Below, one piece after another: positions 26,911-38,095 of a stretch of 64,000 nucleotides of DNA; the first letter of the stretch is position 1; each line of letters starts with the position of its first letter. The stretch covers positions 50,034,001-50,098,000 of the forward strand of contig CM068743.1 in the NCBI GenBank assembly GCA_035084275.1, written 5' to 3'. Below the pieces are notes generated by a model. That model was not told the DNA's origin. It made no database searches and saw only the letters and a program-made list of their open reading frames with translations. The translations under genes were made by a program, and so were the position numbers. This stretch comes from Hydrolagus colliei. Lineage: Eukaryota.

Positions 26911-27406
26911 GGCCTGATAATGACAATTATCCTTGCATTTATTGTAGTGTCATCACGTTGTTGAGACATCTCTAAGCACTTCACAAAATATACTGTAAAG
27001 TGGATTCATTGTACATCAATGTCCCACAAACAGCCATGGAGTGAGCGACAATATTATTTGGGGGATTTGTTGGCCAGGACACCGAGAGAAACTCACTTCT
27101 CTTGTCAAATCGTGCCATGCTTTTAACACCAACTGAACAGGCAGACAGGATCTGGATTTCACATCTCATCTGAAGGATGTCACCTCAGACAATCAAACGC
27201 ACCCCAGCAATGCATTGGATGGTCATCTTAGACTATGTGATTCCAAGCCCTTGAAACCATAGCTATCTGACTCACAGATGAATGTGCTGCCACTGAGTCA
27301 GGCTGATAAGGGTGAAGTACTCCACTGTTGCTGTTCCAAGCTCATAAAACATTCCAAACCAAGTTATTATTAAGTTAGCAGTATTAAAATCCACTTTATA
27401 CTTCAC

Positions 27407-27523
27407 CTTGTATTTCGCATACTGCCATTTTAATGCTGCCTTTGCAGCCCTTCCATGTATCCTCGTGGGAGTCATAATAAGACAGAATTTCACCATTGAG
27501 AACAAACCAACGAGGCTGCCATC
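27407..27523 (-). CDS. PLEKHA8: PLEKHA8 exon 2 ([38 protein letters not shown])
   Basis: cag|...|gtgaag, 117 nt, phase 1-1; PH-domain sequence homologous to FAPP2. Confidence 0.95.
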
Positions 27524-28149
27524 CTGTGCACATAAAATAAGAATTTCACATTAAGACACAGAAAGTATCAGAACTATTTGCTCACTGTAAAAGTATTTCC
27601 ATAGACTAGTTCTCAATTTACCCACTTCAATAGCATGTTGTGTCCCTGGTTTAACTATTCTGGATTAGTTGAAACATCCTGTCATGATCTATACAGTATT
27701 TCCTATCCCCTTTAGAATCTTAAAGACAGCAATCATATGGCCTCTCAATCTTCTCTTTTCCAGTTGGAACATCCCCAATTTACTTACTCTCTCCTCATTG
27801 ACCAATCCCTTCATTCCCTCAATCATATTTGTTGCCCTCCTCTCTACCCCTCAATTGCTCTCATATACTTTTTGTACTGCGGGATCCTTTCTTGCATTTT
27901 TAAAAATATACTGTAGTGTGTTATCACATCTTCGAGATGTCTCAAAGTGTTTCACAGAATATATTGTAAAATGAATTGGTTGTACATTCCGTGGGCAATA
28001 CGCATTCTGCAGCCAATTGCATTTTTATAACATGTATTTAAGGCACTGGACAGTCCAGGGATTGCACCTGAACTGGGGGTAGTTAGCGATAGAGTTGGTT
28101 ATTATCTACATATTTATGGAAGTTATGGAAGTCTGCAGACGATAAAAAC

Positions 28150-28336
28150 ACAATAATAAAATTGGTCATTTCAATCCACAACTGTTTGTGGGACGCTGCT
28201 GAGTGCAATTGGCTGCCGTGTTTCGCCCACATATGTACAGTCAATTCACTTTACGGTATATTCAGTGAAGCGCTTTGAGATGTCTAGAAGATATGAAAGG
28301 CACTACTGTATATCAAACGCAAGGATTATTATTATT
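28150..28336 (+). mobile_element. SINE 3' half
   Basis: Deu-like block and tail. Similar 3' pieces at ~121-250, 4080-4220, 12950-13075, 17920-18005, 20700-20836, 27890-28020, 47500-47592, 49035-49240, 54835-54950, 57410-57485 and 63045-63140. Confidence 0.8.
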
Positions 28337-29496
28337 GCCGAGCAGCAACAGCCTTTGATTTGAAAACAATGCAATGATTATATCCCATATATTTTCTTAA
28401 CTTGGAATAAACTTAATCATTACACTCGATGAGAATTACCTACGAAATTGCAATTGATATTTTGACATGAAGGGGTGTTTTAAAAATGCAAGATAGATTC
28501 TGTCATTCTAACTGTAACAGTGATGGAAGTTGCAGCCTGGTTTCATCGTTGGATTGAACTGTGGATCTGGAGTGAAGATGTCACTGAAGGTTAATAATGG
28601 AATCATCAGGAACAAAGAAGTAATCAGAACAGAATTCATTTACAATTCAGCAGGTTTCAGTGGGGAGCAAACATTTCAATTGTATGACAATGGGATTAGC
28701 AAGAAAATCTGACCTTTCGGTTACATCAACAAATAGGATTATTCAAAATGTCCAGAACAATGTGTGAAGAAATAAAGTAATTTATGTTGGGGGAGTAGAG
28801 AAGCCATACAGGACAGTTGTGGGAAAATTGTCTGGCGGCAACTTCTCACTTTTTCTCCATTTAAATTACATTTTTTTAAAAATCGTTAAAGGCAGGAATC
28901 TGGCATCTCAGACAGTGTGAGTGTAAAGGACATCCCCCCCCCACCCCATAGACATTTACACTGAGCAGCAATGGTGTTGCAGGCAGCTCCAACACAACAC
29001 ACAAGGTCAAGCTCCCTCAACTCCCCACCTCTGGCATCGTATTCCTTTACAGGCTTTACAGTCAAAATGACCCAGATAATAACACACAGAAAACCGCGCT
29101 GCGTGAGGCGGATTCTAGTGCATTTCGGGGGGCGAAACTTCCCTCATATTTCACCCCCATTTGACAGACAGTGTCATTTTTATTGCAAAAAATACATTCG
29201 CCCCTTTTATTTTTGTGTAAAAAAAAGCTAATTTTTAATGAATTCATTAACACATCACCGCCTCCTGGAGAAGCTCTTGAGTATAAACCCCGTGTTAGGG
29301 CATGACCCCAAACAGGCCTGGCAACTACAAAGAACTCTCTCTCTCTCTCACACACACACACTCCAGCCTCTCAGGTCAGGCGCACACACAACACGGTTGT
29401 TGTTAAATTGTCGCTCGTTAAGAGAGAAGGTAACAACTCGCGCACGCAGCCAAACACACACAATGTTTTATACACGGAGAGAAAAGAGGCCTTTAC

Positions 29497-29536
29497 CGCT
29501 CAGATAATTAGTCCACTTATAGAGCGTTCCTTCCAT
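29497..29536 (-). CDS. PLEKHA8: PLEKHA8/FAPP2 coding exon 1 (MEGTLYKWTNYLSG, start of PH domain)
   Basis: Reverse complement reads atcATGG (good Kozak) GAA GGA ACG CTC TAT AAG TGG ACT AAT TAT CTG AGC G|gtaaag. Matches the FAPP N-terminus MEGVLYKWTNYLSG. Confidence 0.95.
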
Positions 29537-30172
29537 GATAACTCTGCCATTGAATCCCTGGGCAACCACAGCGCAACCCGCCGCCTGCACCAATCACACG
29601 CAGCGAAGTCAGCGTCTCCCCGGCGGCACGGGCGCCGGCTGAGGCGGGCTCTCCGTTGATTGACAGCGTCCAATTTGCACCAATCGCAAACGGCCGTCTC
29701 GTGACTGACGGGGCCGGCCAGCCAATCGGGCGGCGGAGGGGGTTCGGTCCGATCGACGGCCGCGAGATGTTTCCCCCCGGGGGTGGGTGTGAACGTTCCT
29801 TGGCGCGTTCCATGGCTCGACCTTCGGGCCGCCGAGCAATCGGGCGCGCGACGTGAAGGCGGGACGCCGAGACTCCGTGACGTCTCGGCGACGCACAAAG
29901 GGAGGCGGGGAGGATAATGGGCGGGTGTGACGTTTGTGATTGACAGCCATCGGACCCGACCCATTGTGACGTGTGGGTGAAGTGGTTACACAGAGCTCTG
30001 GCGGGGGAGGGAGGGAGGACAAGTTTTGGTGCCACGTTTGCACACACACACACATGTCTGAGAGCAGCAAGTGCAGGGAAGCCAGCAAACTCAGAGTTGT
30101 GCAGCACTCCCTCAAGGAGGGACAACTCGCCAAGGGCTTACCTGGAGAGGCAGTCCTGTCACTGTGTCGGTC
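29537..30172. promoter_or_regulatory. Bidirectional CpG-island promoter of PLEKHA8/FKBP14
   Basis: Strongly CpG-dense block between divergent ATGs. CCAAT at 29590, 29670, 29680, 29722; GC boxes; TGACGT at 29878, 29928, 29967; TGATTGACAG at 29657 and 29937. Confidence 0.85.
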
Positions 30173-30372
30173 ATGCGTCCAAGGGCCCACCGTGCTCTGG
30201 CTTTGACCCTGTTGCTGGCTTGTGTCAGGGGTGCTCTGATACCAGAGCCAGATGTCAAAATCGAGGTACTGTCCAAGCCTTTCATCTGTCAAAGAAAGAC
30301 CAAGCTAGGTGACATGTTGCTGCTGCACTACTCTGGCTTCTTAGATAAGGATGGCACAATGTTTCACTCAAG
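30173..30372 (+). CDS. FKBP14: FKBP14 exon 1 (signal peptide + FKBP PPIase start)
   Basis: gtcATGc MRPRAHRALALTLLLACVRG-ALIPEPDVKIEVLSKPFICQRKTKLGDMLLLHYSGFLDKDGTMFHS; donor AG|gtgagt. Confidence 0.96.
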
Positions 30373-32286
30373 GTGAGTAAGGTGTTGCTGAGGATGATTG
30401 TGAGAAATGTATCTTGGAGACAAAAGTTGCAATGGATCGTTGGAATTGTTCTTCTAGGGTTGGATTATAGTAATCCTTAACTACACTACTGGTGATTCAA
30501 TTAAGGTGACCATAACTTAAACTCCAGAAAAAGCTGGAGACCCCAAAGTCAAATAGTTTTAAGGCAGTTATTTATACAACATAATGTGGAGATGTTTTGA
30601 ATGAATTTGAATTTAAATTAATAGGGAAGAAAGTTTTAGAACCAAAGCTATGCTGCGATTTCTTCACTGACTACTGACCTCGGATCTCCTTATTGCATTT
30701 AAGACCATACATTAAAATATATTATTTAAGATCATACATTAAAATATAATTTGGTAAAGAATTGAAGAGTTATTGATAGGTTGCATTGAAATAATAGATT
30801 AAATAATGCAAACAAATCCTAAAAATAATAGGATTACTTTGATCAAAATTACCATTGCCCCTTTCGAAATCTATGTAAATTGCTTTTAATGTAGAATATT
30901 TTTTGAACGTGTATTTAACTAGCATATATTTCCAGTTGTGCTGTTTCAATGCACATTCTTATATTATTATATTCCTAGCTTTGGATCTTACCTAACTGTA
31001 TATTCTTCTCTCCAGTAACCAGAGTTTATTCCTCCAGGGAGAAAGTACATAATCAATTCCAGACACAGAAATTTTTATGTGTAGGTAGAACGTGTAGAAT
31101 TCGCAAATTGGTTTGGATAAGCATTGCGATGGATTTTAAATGTGTGAGGGACATGGCTGGAGACAAACAAAAATATGATATTTTAATTTAATATTTTAGA
31201 AAGCTACTGCCATCCTCCTACTCCTACCCTCTCCGCCCTCTATCCCGCTGCTCCAAAGCACTAGCTCAGGTGAGGATCCTTGACTGTCTAGCGCCTTGGG
31301 ATGTCCTGCTGACGTGAATCTGAGCTGCTTTATATTACCTACTCTAATCACTGAGATGGGAACAGAACTTTGACATAAGGGCATGTACAAAACTGCAAGA
31401 CAATACTAAATGCAGGTTGCATTTTTAAAGTTATTCAAGAGCCAGAAGTGCAACCTAATTTATAAGCATTGATTTGTTTCTGAATTTTCCTGCTGATGAT
31501 TGTTTTCGGAGTTCCAAAATCAAATTTGGTGTCACCAACCTGGAACTGTATAATGCTTTTAGTACCGGTAATGGGATTGAATCAACATTGAGTATAAAAA
31601 GGGGCACTAATGGACTTAATTCTAACCACAACAATTCTCTAGTGATTATGATTCAAGTTTCCAGATATTTTATTCATCCTGTCAAATGCTTTTTTAGGTA
31701 AAGCTTTTAAAGCTCAAACTCTGCCCAAAAAGGAAACCAAGCCTATAGTCAGCAATTTACCGGTAATCTAGATTCTGTATAAAGAATACAAATGGAAATT
31801 GATCATACATTAAAGTAGGGAAATGGAATATATACTTGAGAAGAGAGGGCTGAAGGGAGATGTTACTATATTCCATAATTAAGTGGAATAGAAGAACTAA
31901 ACCATAATACGTTCAACATGATCACACACTTTACAACACAAGGCTATAGACTTAAGCTCAAAAGAGGGATCAAACGGATAATTTATATTCAACTACATTC
32001 CACAGAGAGGGGTAATTATTCTGAATGGGCTTCCTAGGGAGTTGGTGGAAGCAGAATGTGCCAGCAAATTTCTAGAAAATTTAGATAGCTTTTTGGTGAA
32101 GAAAATGAATTGAGAGATAAAGCGAGTGTGTAGTTTGAGCGCATCTCAAAGCACTTCATAGGATAAACTGTAAAGTGGACTGACTATTTTCTGGGGAATG
32201 TGTTTTGTGGGCATTTCAGCCACATGGATCCTTGTTGCAAGAATACTAAATTGATTGAATGGATTTCTTTGATACTTTTTTTTCAG

Positions 32287-32438
32287 TTATAAACAGAACA
32301 ATGGGCAGCCAATCTGGTTTACACTTGGCATTAAAGAAACCATTCAAGGCTGGGACCGAGGTCTACAGAATATGTGTGCAGGGGAGAAGAGGAAGCTAAC
32401 TATTCCACCAGTCTATGCTTATGGGAAAGCGGGAAAAG
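32287..32438 (+). CDS. FKBP14: FKBP14 exon 2 (YKQNNGQPIWFTLGIKETIQGWDRGLQNMCAGEKRKLTIPPVYAYGKAGK)
   Basis: Poly-T ttcag|...|gtacag, 152 nt; FKBP GW..GL..MC.GEKRKL.IPP motif. Confidence 0.96.
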
Positions 32439-32848
32439 GTACAGAATTGAATTGTACAAATGAGAAATGTGCTTAACATTGCAACTAATCTAATGCAACT
32501 TCTGGCATTATTTCTGCTGCATGGTTCTCTCCAGACTACTGACAAATCAATGGTATGTTTTGCCAGTGCAGAGGCATGAGCTGTATACTCTCGAATGCTT
32601 TGAATGTATTCATAAAATTCATTATTTTCATAAAACAAACCATAATACTACCATTGGTTGAAAAATACAGTACAGTATATTTTATTCAGTGACTCATTTT
32701 ATTTTCAATAACTTTCTGTGTAGTGTATTTCATGCCCTAGTACCTTTACAGTATATTTTGTGAAGCGCTTTGAGACGTCTAGAAGATGTGAAAAGCACTG
32801 TATCAAATGCAAGGATTATTTATTATTATTATTATCTTTGAGATCTTG

Positions 32849-34610
32849 TGGAGTCCTGTAGCTCAGTGGTTAGAACTCCCGTTTTTATCCAAGGTCCTTG
32901 AAAGAGTGGTTGCCTACCAGCTCTGCTCTTTCCTTTCAACTCATTCACTCTTTGAACCCCTCCAATCAGGTTTCCGCCCAATTCATAGCACAGAAACTGC
33001 CCTGGTTAAGGTTACAAATTACATCCTAACCGCCTCTGACCAGGGCTCCCTCTGCCTCCTCGTCCTCCTTGACCTGTCTGCTGCGTTCGACACAGTCGAT
33101 CACACCATCCTCCTCCAACGTCTTTCCTCCCACCTCAACCTTCAAGGCACAGTCCTTGACTGGTTCCATTCCTATCTGACCCACCATTTATACTTTGTTT
33201 CTTCCAACGGTTTTTCTTCAAACCCCCGCACAGTTTCTCACGGCGTCCCTCAGGGCTCTGTTTTAGGCCCCCTCCTTTTCGCCCTTTACACGCTCCCTCT
33301 GGGCGATGTCATCCGCAAACATGGGGTAAATTTCCACATGTATGCGGACGACACCCAGTTGTACCTATCAGCCTCATCCCTCAACCCCCAGACGATCGAT
33401 GTTCTGACAGCATGTCTGTCCGACATCAAGTCCTGGACGAGGGACAACTTCTTGCAATTGAACGTGAGTAAGACCGAGGCCCTCCTGATTGGCTCAAGCC
33501 AGCGGCTCCGCACATCGGGTGCTGCCAGCCTTAACATCCAAGGCTGCACTCTCCACCTCACAAAGCCAATCAGGAACCTCGGCATCATGTTCGATCAAAA
33601 ACTTTCCTTCCTCCCCCACATCTGTGCCTTGACCGGCACCGCTTATTTCCACCTGCGCAACATTGCCAGGCTCCGCAACTATCTTACCCCCCGCGCTGCC
33701 GAAACACTCGTGCACGCGTACATCACCTCGAGGCTGGACTATGGAAACTCTCTCCTCGTCGGCCTCCCCAGTTCCTCCATTCACAGGCTGCAGGTCATCC
33801 AAAACTCTGCAGCTCGTGTATTATCCCGCACCCGCCTCCGCGACCATATAACCCCCACCCTCGCCCGTCTCCATTGGCTCCCCATTCTCCAGAGGATCGA
33901 GTTCAAGATCCTCGTCCTCACCTACAAGGCCTTACACGGCCTTGCCCCGCCCTATTTAACCAATCTACTTTCCCCCTACAAGCCCCCCGGACCCTTCGTT
34001 CAACAGGACTTGGCCTGCTCCAAGCCCCCCGCCCGAACCGCCCCACAATCGGAGGCCGGGCCTTCAGTTTCTCCGCTCCCACCCTATGGAATGCCATCCC
34101 TCAATCCCTCCGTCTCGTTTCTTCCCTTTCCTCTTTCAAGGCCGGTTTGAAGACTTTCCTCTTCGACCGTGCCTTTTGTTCCACCCCAAACTTTTCGACC
34201 TCCCCTACGTGTTTCACCCCTTCCCAAACACTCCCCTCTCAGCTCGGGTCACACACCTCCTGTGCAGCGCCTTGGGACGTCCTCCCGACGTGAAAGGCGC
34301 TCTATAAATGTAATTTGTTGTTGTTGTTGTTGTTGTAGAGGACTCGCCTCGCAAGAGAGAGACCTGTGTTTGATTCCTGGCATGGCAAACCTTGGGTTAG
34401 TTTCCTTACTCCATACGCCTGATAATAATCCCTCAAGATTTAAATGGTCACTTCAATCCACAACTGTTTGTAGGAAACTGCTGTGTGCAATTGGCAGCCA
34501 TGTTTCGCCCACAAATATACAGTTAATTCACTTCACAGTATATACGATGAAGCGCATTGAGACATCTAGAAGACATGGAAAGCACTATATCAAATGCAAG
34601 GATTATTTAT
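32849..34610 (+). mobile_element. SINE split by the L2 insertion (32849-32875 + 34336-34610)
   Basis: Head GTAGCTCAGTGGTTAGA continues as (T)AGAGGACTCGCC after the L2 tail. Confidence 0.85.
32876..34335 (+). mobile_element. Young 5'-truncated L2-clade LINE (tail type A) in FKBP14 intron 2
   Basis: RT motifs [30 protein letters not shown] and HWLP; one frameshift near 33985; stem-loop 3' end and (TTG)n tail. Confidence 0.95.
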
Positions 34611-35400
34611 CTTTTCCTACCTAGCTCTTCTGCATGACCCTTCCACTCATCTAACTGGACATGTCCCCTGTCTCTCTAATTAACCATTGATGGCCAAGCA
34701 TTCAGCTACTGCTCCCAGTAACTCCAGATCTCCCTCCTTCTCCCACTCTACGTCTTAATACAGTAGTTAGAATGCTTAGAATAACAACAAAAATAGTTTG
34801 TGTCAGCAAATATGTTTCATATTGCAATTAAAATATTCTAATATAGTTGTGCCTTTTATGCATTGTAAGTACTAAAGTACTAAACTGTGTGTATGAGAAT
34901 CTATAACCTTGTTATCCTATACTAACCATTTAATACTTTTTCCGTTCAGCAACAGACAACATGTGAACATAAGATCCATGCATGTTTTGGATTCATACTT
35001 GCATTACCCAGTGACGATTGCATGCTGATTTTGGTTGTTGTGAGTTTTGCATTCTGGTAAGATTAGGTACAAATGGGAATTCGGGAACGGAAAACTACAT
35101 AGAGTAATTGTAAGTGAAGTGTGAAAAATGAATTCAGGTCGTGTGCCTTAATGTTTTAAAAATTGAGTAAGATAACTAAGGAGGAATTCAATTCCTACAA
35201 GTGTTGAAGAAGGGGAATTCTGGAGTAAGAGTTATGTGACAGCCTCCAAAATGCAGTGTGAAGCTAGCAATGATAAATGCCCTGCAACTCTCTTAACCAT
35301 AGAATGTTTTATTTTGCTATGGGGAAACTAGAACCAAGAGGCAGATGTGAGGGGAAGGGACAGCAATCAATACCTTAACATGATTAATTTAGTGCTTTCA

Positions 35401-35579
35401 AAAACACAAAATATTGCAGATATCTCTGGGAATACTCAGCAGGTCAGGCAGCATCTATGGAGAAAGAAAAAGTGAGTCAACATTTCGGTTCCACAACACT
35501 TCGTCAGAACAGCTTTTCCTTTCTCCATAGATGCTGCCTGACCTGCTGAGTGTTACCAGCAACTTCTGTTTTTGTTTCA
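35401..35579. mobile_element. Penelope-like inverted terminal-repeat (hairpin) element
   Basis: ~47-bp arms (core ACTCAGCAGGTCAGGCAGCATCTATGGAGAAAG and its reverse complement); CTGACGA...GAAA in the spacer on the minus strand. Family assignment is from recall. Confidence 0.65.
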
Positions 35580-36074
35580 TTTAGACCAGTCAATGGGACA
35601 GGATTCTTCTCACGCTCCTGTTAACTATGTAAGCCAAAACCCTAATGAGTAGGGTGGACTAGGTGCACAAGCTGGAGATAGCTTGCCAGGCAATGCTTCC
35701 AGCGGCAATTTTATTCGGTTTCAGCTGATTAAACTCCAGCCATACTCATAATGCACACCATGGGTTCCCAAGGCTTGGCTCTAGCCATCCTGTCGTTAAT
35801 ACTCTCCAGAATTCATTAAGCAGTGTACCTAGCTCCTAGAGTGTGCTTTCCATTTCACACTCAGGTAAATTTCAATGACTGGTTGGTACATAGATGGAAC
35901 TCTTTATCTGGTTTGGATATTCTTAACCACAGTGATGGGTTACTGTATGTAGCAGACACCTCACTGATGGCCATATTACATCTGTTCTGCCTAAATAAAA
36001 GCTTAAATTGTTGTTGTGTCCATTAACAATGGGACAATACAGTTGTGTTTCATCACTGAATGACTGTTCTACAG

Positions 36075-36202
36075 GAAAAATTCCACCTGAAAGCATTGTG
36101 ATATTTGAAATTGAGCTTCTTGAGATCAGAAATGGACCAAGGTCTCATGATTCATTCCAGGAAATGGACCTCAATGACGATTGGAAATTGTCCAGAGATG
36201 AG
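36075..36202 (+). CDS. FKBP14: FKBP14 exon 3 (GKIPPESIVIFEIELLEIRNGPRSHDSFQEMDLNDDWKLSRDE), EF-hand 1
   Basis: acag|...|gtaggt, 128 nt; DLNDDWKLSRDE EF-hand loop. Confidence 0.96.
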
Positions 36203-36936
36203 GTAGGTATCCTGCAGAACATCTATTTTTGTTCCATCTTGAAAGCTGTCTCCACCACTGCACCAAGCAAAGCATTTCTCACCTCATAGAAACTCTCATT
36301 AAATATAACAAATTCCCTCCCGCTTCCACCACTCCCACCCCATTCCCCCGGTAATTATCTTAAACAAATGCTCTCTCGTCACTGATCACTAAAAATAATT
36401 TCTCCCTATCCTATTCTCTATTCCAACAAAAAAAGCCCAGTTACTTGAGACTGCTCATATAAATGTGAAGTTACCTGTGTATACTGACTTTCATGTCAAT
36501 AGAAAGACCCAAAGTGCTTAACATTACTGCTGCTATATCCAACTTATCTAAAATTCTGTATTGGTATGGGTGAACCCGTATTGTAACCCATGCAAAATTC
36601 CATCACCCAATCTTTATTAGGCTCCACTGGCTCCCTATTGCAGGACTGATGAATTTTTAAGATCTTCACGTTTGTGTACAAATCAATTCATGTTCTACCT
36701 CTTCCCTACCTCAACAACTTTACATCCCACAGCACTACCCAGCCCCTTTGCTCAGCTGTCTCCAGCCTTTTACTCATCCCTTGTACTCTCTGCTGCACCA
36801 CCAGTGGCTGTGTTTTGATCATCAACAACAACAAGTTTGATTTATATAGCGCCCTCCATGCCGGACGGCGTCTCAGAGCACTCATCCACAACTCATCCAA
36901 ACAATACTGGAACTCTGCCCCAAATCCTCTACCTTT

Positions 36937-37460
36937 CATAGAATCATACAGGACAGAAGGAGGCCATTCAGCCCATCATGTCTGCGGCTGCTTCGAAAAG
37001 AGTAATCCAACTCAATCCCACTTGCCCACTTTCTCTCCATAGCCCTGTAATCTTGTCCTCCCTAAACACCCACTTACTTCTCTCTTAAAAGTTGTTATTG
37101 AATTGGCTTCCACTACCCTTTCAGGTAATGCATTCCAGATGCGAACAACTCTCTGGGTGAAAAATCTTTTCCTAATATCCTTTGTTTCCAGCGCCTTGGG
37201 ACGTCCTCCTGACGTGAAAGGCGCTCTATAAATGTAATTTTGTTGTTGTTTAACAACTATCTAAAATCGTTGTCTTCGGGTTACTGAAACACTTTTTCCT
37301 GGTTTAACCTATAAATTCCCCTCATGATCTTGAAAACCTCTATTAAATCCCCTCTTAATCTTCTCTGCTCTAAGGACAATAATCCTAGTTTTGCTAACCT
37401 CTCCTCATACCTAAGCTCCTTCATTCCTGGTACCATCCTGATAAATGTCTTTTGTACCCT
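36937..37460 (-). mobile_element. CR1 3' fragment interrupted by a short L2 tail (~37187-37250, +)
   Basis: YEERLAKLGLLSLEQRRLRGDLIEVFKIM remnant; ATAGAATC tail. Confidence 0.85.
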
Positions 37461-37779
37461 CACGAATGCCCATGCAAACAACCTTCCCAATTCCTCCCTC
37501 CATACGTTGCAGATAATTCAGAACTCTGCGGCCAATGTCTTCTACCGCTCCAAGCTTTGTGACCCCATCTTCCCCTTCCTCACCCGACTCCATTGGTTCC
37601 CCATCACCCAGAGGATCCAATTCCTGCTCCGTCCACTCAGCAGGTTCCGGCCTGCTGCACATCCCTCGACGCACCTGCCCCACCATTGTCGGATGAGCCT
37701 TCAGCCACTCTGCCCTCAACCTCTGGAACTCCATTCCGCATTCCCTCTGCCTCAACCTCTCCCTGGCCTTCAAATTGGG

Positions 37780-38095
37780 CCAGTGGATAGAGAACTCGCC
37801 TTCAAGCATGAGGCCTGTGTTCGAATCCAGGCAGGTCAGGGTGAAACCTTGGACAAGTTTCCTTATTCCACATGCCTATTAATAATCCCTCAAAAAATAT
37901 ATATATACAGTATTTGGTCATTTCAATCCATAACTGTTTGTGTGGGACACTGCTGGGCGCAATTGGCTGCTGTGTTTCGCCCACAAACATACAGTCAATT
38001 CACTTTACAGTATATTCTGTGAAGCGCTTTGTGACATCTAGAAGACGTGAAAACCGCTATATCAAATGCAAGAATTATTATTATTATCTTTATTA
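37780..38095 (+). mobile_element. SINE, 5'-truncated
   Basis: B box, Deu-like block and tail. Confidence 0.85.

Noticed and set aside
29500-30312. Several long overlapping ORFs over the promoter
   Set aside because: Expected stop-codon scarcity in a CpG island. Only the two ATG-initiated uORFs were kept.
30700-30750. 27-bp tandem duplication (similar small ones near 9975, 48855 and 61440)
   Set aside because: Ordinary slippage-type duplications with no sign of function.
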